Source: Fidelibacterota bacterium (GTDB taxonomy: Bacteria; Fidelibacterota; Marinisomatia; Marinisomatales; TCS55). From it: a stretch of DNA of 13,525 bases. Shown in pieces: positions 7,770 through 13,525 of the stretch. The stretch spans positions 1-13,525 of the forward strand of contig JBHHTW010000044.1 of NCBI GenBank assembly GCA_046861385.1, given 5' to 3'. A model generated the notes under the pieces. The model was not told the origin of the DNA and did not search any database. It saw only the letters and a program-made list of their open reading frames with translations. A program made the translations under genes and the position numbers. How positions within the stretch are numbered: the stretch's first letter is position 1; every line of letters begins with the position of its first letter.

Positions 7770-7799
7770 TTGAAAATCGGTTCTAAATCAAAATAAAAT
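7770..7799 (+). promoter_or_regulatory. Putative internal sigma70-type promoter upstream of wzx
   Basis: TTGAAA (7770-7775), an 18-nt spacer, then TAAAAT (7794-7799), within the 101-bp AT-rich gap 7738-7838. Confidence 0.35.
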
Positions 7800-7838
7800 T
7801 AATTCAATCTTACAAATTAATAACATTTAACGCTGAAT

Positions 7839-9107
7839 ATGCGTTTGTTTAATACAAGCCAACTCGGAAATAAATTATATAAAGAAACACTTGCATACGT
7901 TTTTACAAAAGCCTTTCCAGGTATAACAGGATTATTATCTGTTATTTTATTTTTTCGACTGGTGGGGCCGGTGGAATATGGGCGCTTTAGCCTTCTTTTT
8001 TTATTTGCAAATATGTGTTCAGCGTTCAGTTTCGGCTGGTTGAACCAGGCCATTTTACGATATTATTCCAAGGTAAGTAATCATAGCCGTCTCTTAAATA
8101 TTGCATCCAAAGGGTTTGCTTTATCCGGTGTATTTTGCATTTTATTGATTGCAATATTCCAATGGTTTTCCTTTCCACAAAATTCATCAATTTTAATGCT
8201 GATTATTTTGAGTATAATGATAGGGATTTTTTCACTGTCAAATATTTTTTATCAGGCGAGACAGCAACCGCTTATGGTGGTGAAACTAACGTCGTTACAA
8301 GGGTTGTTATCCGTTGGAATTCCGTTGATATTTATTTGGCTGTTAAGCAAGGAGCACACCAGCATCATTTGGGGTTTTGCTCTGGCATATGCTCTACCGG
8401 TTTTACTTTTATTTAAGTATTGGAATAATGAAATGCCAAAAAATAAAAGCAATACGCATGAGGTTCAGCTTTTTTCATTTTTTAGATATGGCTGGCCGCT
8501 ATCATTTTGGTTCGTGGCAAACATTTCATTACGATTTTTGGATCGATTTTTTATCGAAAGGTTTTTGGATACATCTATCATGGGTTCGTACGCGAGTTTT
8601 GTCGATTTAATCACTAGAATCTTCTCTTTAATTCTTTTCCCGATTACAATGGCTCTTCATCCTAGAATCATGAATAAGTGGAACAATAATAATTTAAAGG
8701 GTGCTGTTAGAGATTTTAAAAAGGGTTTAAAATACCAACTGGTTATTTTCGCGATTTGTTTATCAATATTTTATCTTTTTGACCAACAAATTTTTCAAAT
8801 TATTATTCGGTTAATTCCAGAAGTTGATTTATCAATAAAGCCCATATTGATTCCTGTGTTAATTGGCGGTTTTTTATGGCAGTTTGCCTTATTGATTCAT
8901 AAACCACTTGAGCTGAGTGAAAAATCCGGAATCATGCTTTTGTGTATTAGTGTTTCGGTCCTTGTGAATATTTCAGGTAACATCATATTTCTTCCTATTT
9001 ATGGCATTATTGCGACTGCCTATACTATGGTAGTGTCGGGAAGTGTATATATTATTATGGCCGTTTTATTTGCAGGCGATCTTTTAAATAAAATCAAAAA
9101 GATATGA
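7839..9107 (+). CDS. wzx: Oligosaccharide flippase (Wzx, MOP superfamily)
   Basis: Many TM segments. Motifs GPVEYGRFSL, FGWLNQAILRY, FFRYGWPL, FLDRFFI...MGSY and LPIYGIIATA. Confidence 0.88.
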   Translation: MRLFNTSQLGNKLYKETLAYVFTKAFPGITGLLSVILFFRLVGPVEYGRFSLLFLFANMCSAFSFGWLNQAILRYYSKVSNHSRLLNIASKGFALSGVFCILLIAIFQWFSFPQNSSILMLIILSIMIGIFSLSNIFYQARQQPLMVVKLTSLQGLLSVGIPLIFIWLLSKEHTSIIWGFALAYALPVLLLFKYWNNEMPKNKSNTHEVQLFSFFRYGWPLSFWFVANISLRFLDRFFIERFLDTSIMGSYASFVDLITRIFSLILFPITMALHPRIMNKWNNNNLKGAVRDFKKGLKYQLVIFAICLSIFYLFDQQIFQIIIRLIPEVDLSIKPILIPVLIGGFLWQFALLIHKPLELSEKSGIMLLCISVSVLVNISGNIIFLPIYGIIATAYTMVVSGSVYIIMAVLFAGDLLNKIKKI

Positions 9108-10354
9108 GCGCCTACATTCCCCTCATTGTGTTGGGAGGCGCATCCTTGGTCATGCGAAAGATCTATAAGTCATGGTTCGCACCGGGGGCATTTTTCCCAT
9201 TAGCCTGGTTTTTTTTCATTTTAATACCAATGATATTTGCTCCTGAATTTCCATTTTATTTTTTTGGTTTGTGGGTCATTACGGCTATGGCTATAGCGTT
9301 TGCCGCTGGTTCTCTATTGGGGTATAATGAAGAGGAAAACTTGGAGAATAAAAAGTCTGAAATGGTAAAACCAATATCCGGATATAAATCAATTATCTCC
9401 TACTCAACATTGACGATGACAGGTTTATCGTTTTTGGGAGTGATTTTATTACTTCGCTTCAGTATGGAAAAGTTTCAAATGAATTTTTCATTATTCAGTC
9501 TATTTATATTACCAAGTAATATTACAGCAGAAAGATATAATGAATTATTGGTGTACCCTGTTTATTTGAAATTCTTTTTATATTTTCTTTTTCCGGCATC
9601 TCTGATTGCAGGAATAGGTTATTCACTAACCAATAAAAAATTACATTTTTTATACCTATCCCCACTATTTGTGTCCATATTAAAAGGGACATTGGAAACT
9701 ACGCGTTCAACAATATTATTATCCGTAATTCTTTGGCTGGCCGGATTTGCCGGTGGAAGAGTTATTACCCGTGATCATCTGCATCGGTTAATGGAAAAAA
9801 AATTATTGATATTCCTGACCTTAGCCGGTATTGCATTCACCTTTTTATTTATTGGATTGCAATGGATTCGGGAGGCGGGTGGAGATATAATCTTTTTAGT
9901 TATGATAAAAAGAATTAAGCTGTATTTTTTTGGTTATTTATCTGCATTTACTATCTGGGTAAAAAATATACGGGAACCAGGGCTGACATTGGGTCTGACG
10001 ACATTTGCCGGTCCGTTTAATATCCTGGGATTGATTGATCGGGAACTCGGCTTTTATTCCCACACCTTTGTTTATAATGGATCTTATACGAATGTTTATA
10101 CAGCATTACGAGGATTAATACATGACTTTTCAATTATGGGGTCTCTGCTTGTATGTATGGTAGCAGGGTTTTTATCAACAATATCATATTATAAATCATT
10201 ACGGGGGTTCGTTTTCTGGCTGATACCATTGACCATGTTTTATAGTTTCACTCTTTATTCACCACTGATCAGCGTATTTCATTATAATAGCATTATCATG
10301 GCTTGGGTAATTGTTTTTGCTATTTTTTTTATCAAACCAAGACTTAGGTTATAA
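9104..10354 (+). CDS. wzy: O-antigen/capsule repeat-unit polymerase (Wzy-like)
   Basis: Highly hydrophobic multi-TM protein with a late periplasmic loop TNVYTALRGLIHDFSIMG (NVYT...DFG-like motif). ATGA overlap with wzx. Confidence 0.78.
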   Translation: MSAYIPLIVLGGASLVMRKIYKSWFAPGAFFPLAWFFFILIPMIFAPEFPFYFFGLWVITAMAIAFAAGSLLGYNEEENLENKKSEMVKPISGYKSIISYSTLTMTGLSFLGVILLLRFSMEKFQMNFSLFSLFILPSNITAERYNELLVYPVYLKFFLYFLFPASLIAGIGYSLTNKKLHFLYLSPLFVSILKGTLETTRSTILLSVILWLAGFAGGRVITRDHLHRLMEKKLLIFLTLAGIAFTFLFIGLQWIREAGGDIIFLVMIKRIKLYFFGYLSAFTIWVKNIREPGLTLGLTTFAGPFNILGLIDRELGFYSHTFVYNGSYTNVYTALRGLIHDFSIMGSLLVCMVAGFLSTISYYKSLRGFVFWLIPLTMFYSFTLYSPLISVFHYNSIIMAWVIVFAIFFIKPRLRL

Positions 10355-10355
10355 A

Positions 10356-11192
10356 ATGGCAGAAATAGTATTCATCACTGTTAATTATAAGAATTCAGCA
10401 ATGACAGAGAGATTTGTTTCCAGTGTAAATAATTGTATAGATAATTCAAATTCATCAATACAGATTGTGGATAATCAGTCAACCAAGAAAAGTGCGGATG
10501 AACTGAATATAATCGGTGACAATTCTGTTGTTCCAATTAAAATTATTCCTTCTGAAAAAAATCGATACTATTGGGGCGGGGCGGCATTGGCTGTGGATAC
10601 AATATCATTTAACAATTCGGATGGTCCTTCTTGGATAATTATTGCCAATAATGATATTGTTTTTTATAAGGAAGATTTTATCACGAGGTTGAGTGGATTA
10701 AATCCAAAAGATTACCCCATTATTGCTCCGAAAATTACATTACAGGATACAGGAAAGAATCAAAATCCCCACTTGATTGACCCATTAACAATGTTTCATA
10801 AAATGTATTATTCGATTTATTATTCCCACTTTATTACTGCAAAATTGGTCCATAAAACAGGTCGGTTGATTCATAGTATTTTCACCGGTAAAAACCGTAC
10901 AAATTCTCTTAATAAAGAAATGAAAATATACGCTCCCCATGGTTCGTGTATTATTTTTTCAAAAGAGTATTTTCGTCAAGGAGGAAATATTGACGGTGGT
11001 TTTTCTTTTTATGGAGAAGAACTCTCTGTGGCAGAAATTGCCCGTGAGATCGATTTACCCGTAACATATATCCCCGATTTGGAAGTTCTTCACAACGAAC
11101 ACGCGTCCACAAGTTCCCGCGACTGGCTAACGGCGTATAATCAATCCAGAGAAACGTATCGATATTTAAGAAAAAAATACATTTTTAAGTGA
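10356..11192 (+). CDS. Glycosyltransferase family 2 (WbbL/rhamnosyltransferase-like)
   Basis: Motifs ITVNY, IVDNQS, IIIANNDIVF, HGSCIIF, GGFSFYGEE and VLHNEHAS. Start placed at ATG 10356, 1 nt after the wzy stop. Confidence 0.85.
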   Translation: MAEIVFITVNYKNSAMTERFVSSVNNCIDNSNSSIQIVDNQSTKKSADELNIIGDNSVVPIKIIPSEKNRYYWGGAALAVDTISFNNSDGPSWIIIANNDIVFYKEDFITRLSGLNPKDYPIIAPKITLQDTGKNQNPHLIDPLTMFHKMYYSIYYSHFITAKLVHKTGRLIHSIFTGKNRTNSLNKEMKIYAPHGSCIIFSKEYFRQGGNIDGGFSFYGEELSVAEIAREIDLPVTYIPDLEVLHNEHASTSSRDWLTAYNQSRETYRYLRKKYIFK

Positions 11193-12394
11193 TGAGAATT
11201 ATTTATCTCCATCAATATTTCAACACACCAGACATGCCCGGTTCAGTCCGTTCTTATGAGTTAGCCAGTAAACTGGTTAAAAGTGGACATGAAGTTCACA
11301 TGATTACATTAAAACAAGGTTCAAGCCAACAGTTACAGAAAAGATTTTCAATAGAAAATGGAATTAATGTTTACTGGCTACCAGTTAAATATTCTCATAA
11401 AATGGGGTTCCTTAAACGTGTTATTTCATTCTTAATATTCTCTGTTTATGCTGTGAAACAAGCTTTAAAAATTAATTCAGATTTGATTTTTGCTACGAGT
11501 ACTCCTCTCACTGTCGCCATACCTGCCCTTATAGTAAAGAAACTCCGCGGACTACCATTGGTTTTTGAGGTTCGCGATTTATGGCCTGCTATCCCCATTG
11601 CATTAGGTGAAATAAAAACACCTTTGCTGATTTACCTTTCTAAGTGCCTGGAATGTGTTGTTTATAAAGCTTCAAAGCAGATCATTGCACTATCACCCGG
11701 TATGGCATCCGGCATTCATTCTACAGGCATTCTGAAAGAAAAAATTACCATCATTCCGAATACTGCAGAATTAAAACGATTTTCGGTCCCTCATCAAATT
11801 GGAGAAAAGTTCCGAAATAAACATACTTGGATAAAAAATCGCCCATTAGTAGTTTATACAGGATCGTTAGGCCGAATTAATGGTGCTTCTTATTTGGTAG
11901 ATATGGCAAAAGCTATGCGTTCTATTTACCCGGATGTACGGTTTCTGCTTGCTGGTGATGGCCGGGAAAAGAATGTTGTGATTTCTTACGCTAAAAGAAT
12001 GGGTGTATACGAAAAAACAATGTTTTTTATTCCACCAGTTTCCAAACAAGAACTGCCAACGCTACTTTCTGCTGCGACTGTCTGTATGTCAGTAATCATT
12101 CCGGTTCCAGAGCTGGAACATAATTCGGCCAATAAATTCTTTGATGCTTTGGCGGCTGGACGTCCCATGATAATTAACTATGGGGGATGGCAAAAAATAA
12201 TTCTGGAAAATCACCGAGCAGGACTTGTTTTACCATCGAAGGATACAGACAAAGCTGCGCGTATGTTAGCTGAACTTTTAAATAATCAAGATAAGTTAAA
12301 AACTATGAACCGCGCTGCTCTGGACACTGCTCGCCAGTTTGATTTGGATGTTTTGGCAAATAAATTTCTATTAACAATAGAATCAGCAAATTAG
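11192..12394 (+). CDS. Glycosyltransferase family 4 (WbuB-like)
   Basis: Motifs LHQYFNTPDMPGSVRSYELA, FATSTPL, FEVRDLWP, YTGSLGRING and NKFFDALAAGRP. TGATG overlap with the GT2 stop (alternative start GTG 11189). Confidence 0.88.
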   Translation: MRIIYLHQYFNTPDMPGSVRSYELASKLVKSGHEVHMITLKQGSSQQLQKRFSIENGINVYWLPVKYSHKMGFLKRVISFLIFSVYAVKQALKINSDLIFATSTPLTVAIPALIVKKLRGLPLVFEVRDLWPAIPIALGEIKTPLLIYLSKCLECVVYKASKQIIALSPGMASGIHSTGILKEKITIIPNTAELKRFSVPHQIGEKFRNKHTWIKNRPLVVYTGSLGRINGASYLVDMAKAMRSIYPDVRFLLAGDGREKNVVISYAKRMGVYEKTMFFIPPVSKQELPTLLSAATVCMSVIIPVPELEHNSANKFFDALAAGRPMIINYGGWQKIILENHRAGLVLPSKDTDKAARMLAELLNNQDKLKTMNRAALDTARQFDLDVLANKFLLTIESAN

Positions 12395-12400
12395 ATAGAA

Positions 12401-13252
12401 ATGCCTAATCATAACAAAAACACTCTTCCCCATTGTCCTGTCTGTATGGAAAATAATTTTCTGAAATCCTTTACTTGGGCTAATCAGGAAATTATTTCAT
12501 GTAAGATCTGTGATCTGGATTATTGCAAAGAGATTATTCACAGGGACTTTGGTGCACAAACAACTGAAACCCCTAAAGAAAATCTGGCAATGTTAATGGA
12601 CACATTTGAAACCTGTAGAAGTATTGCAACTCAGCGTTGCCATGCACGACTCAATGCATATAAAAAATTAAAAGGTAGTTCAATCCATGATGTGTTAGAA
12701 ATAGGATGTGGCCCAGGTATCTTTTATGAACCTTTCACCAATGAAAAAATTGAGTGGACTGGACTAGAGATTAACCCTATGTGGTTAAAATGGGGTGCTA
12801 ATAATAATATCCCGATCGAAAATGGACTCATTTGTGATTATAAGGAACGCTTCGATTTGATTTTTGCATGCCAATTATTGGAACACTTCGAAAAACCACG
12901 CCAATTCCTAAAGGATATATTAGGTGCTTTACGTCCAGGTGGGTTACTACATTTTGAGGTTCCGAACCATAATTCTTTTGTATCGAACCTCAGAAAAATT
13001 TCACCGTTAATTTCCCATAAATACGGATGTATTCAACCTACGCAGCATATGCGTGCCTATAGTGCACAAACTTTGAATCACTTATTCAGTGATTTTCATA
13101 TGAATTTGAAACTATTATCTGCTTTCCCAAATGATCATAAAGTCTGGGGACAGGTTCGTGTGAAACAGCCATTAATTAATCGTATGGCCTTTAGAATTTC
13201 AGATTTCCTGGGTCGAGGAAGTCTTTTAGTGGGTATTGCACAGAAAAAATAA
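12401..13252 (+). CDS. Class I SAM-dependent methyltransferase with N-terminal CxxC...CxxC zinc ribbon
   Basis: CPVC...CKIC, then motif I VLEIGCGPG, FDLIFACQLLEHFEKP, LRPGGLLHFEVPN and a downstream His (QHMRAYS). Confidence 0.85.
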   Translation: MPNHNKNTLPHCPVCMENNFLKSFTWANQEIISCKICDLDYCKEIIHRDFGAQTTETPKENLAMLMDTFETCRSIATQRCHARLNAYKKLKGSSIHDVLEIGCGPGIFYEPFTNEKIEWTGLEINPMWLKWGANNNIPIENGLICDYKERFDLIFACQLLEHFEKPRQFLKDILGALRPGGLLHFEVPNHNSFVSNLRKISPLISHKYGCIQPTQHMRAYSAQTLNHLFSDFHMNLKLLSAFPNDHKVWGQVRVKQPLINRMAFRISDFLGRGSLLVGIAQKK

Positions 13253-13280
13253 ACAAAAATTTGAAAATTAATTTGACCAA

Positions 13281-13525
13281 ATGATAATACGATTCGATCA
13301 AGTTCTCAGTTGTATTCTTTTACTATTACTGGCCCCACTATATTTTATTTTAATAGTTTTGATTTTTGTAATGGATGGTCCTCCAATTTTTTTCAAACAC
13401 AAACGTCTGGGATACCTTAGCATCCCATTTACACTAATTAAATTTCGAACAATGACTTCCGGAAAATCCATCAGCTCCCATCATGATGAGTCAAGAATCA
13501 CATCGTTTGGAAAATTCTTAAGAAA
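13281..13525 (+). CDS. Small phosphoglycosyl transferase / initiating sugar transferase (Bac_transf, PglC-like), partial; runs off the window end
   Basis: Not in the ORF track. Manual translation gives MIIRFDQVLSCILLLLLAPLYFILIVLIFVMDGPPIFFKHKRLGYLSIPFTLIKFRTMTSGKSISSHHDESRITSFGKFLR, which contains the RFD...P membrane segment, KFRTM and RIT.FG.FLR motifs. Confidence 0.9.
   Translation, partial: MIIRFDQVLSCILLLLLAPLYFILIVLIFVMDGPPIFFKHKRLGYLSIPFTLIKFRTMTSGKSISSHHDESRITSFGKFLR

Noticed and set aside
7212-8610. Short ORFs 7212-7451, 7817-8053, 8135-8416, 8252-8452 and 8377-8610
   Set aside because: Antisense or alternate-frame ORFs overlapping the co-polymerase and wzx genes, with no domain evidence.
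10311-10355. Upstream TTG start for the GT2 overlapping wzy
   Set aside because: ATG 10356 follows the wzy stop directly and begins the expected first beta-strand.
10640-10660. NND instead of DxD in the GT2 as a sign of inactivation
   Set aside because: N(N/P)D is normal in WbbL-like GT2 enzymes.
11867-12168. Two 60-aa antisense ORFs in the GT4 gene
   Set aside because: Shadow ORFs.
1-13525. CRISPR array, tRNA/rRNA, transposase or prophage
   Set aside because: No regularly spaced DNA repeats, structural RNA signatures or mobile-element genes were seen. The CI-like HTH is an isolated fused domain with no phage genes around it.

Overview
AT-rich bacterial window carrying the 5' part of a Wzx/Wzy-dependent surface-polysaccharide (capsule/EPS-type) locus on the + strand. 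The order is: SLBB-domain OPX export protein, Wzi-family capsule assembly protein, seven-repeat beta-propeller-like lipoprotein, Wzz/GNVR-type polysaccharide co-polymerase, Wzx flippase, Wzy polymerase, GT2, WbuB-like GT4, Zn-ribbon SAM methyltransferase, and a phosphoglycosyl transferase truncated by the window end. A divergent L-2-hydroxyglutarate oxidase (lhgO) lies on the - strand. The most unusual element is the co-polymerase gene (6499-7737). It has an N-terminal helix-turn-helix resembling the bacteriophage CI-repressor HTH family, fused in frame ahead of TM1, which would make it a candidate membrane-anchored DNA-binding co-polymerase. A perfect 9-bp inverted repeat and further related motifs overlap the predicted operon promoter (1473-1570) and are a candidate operator. 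All family assignments come from motif recognition by eye; no database searches were run.
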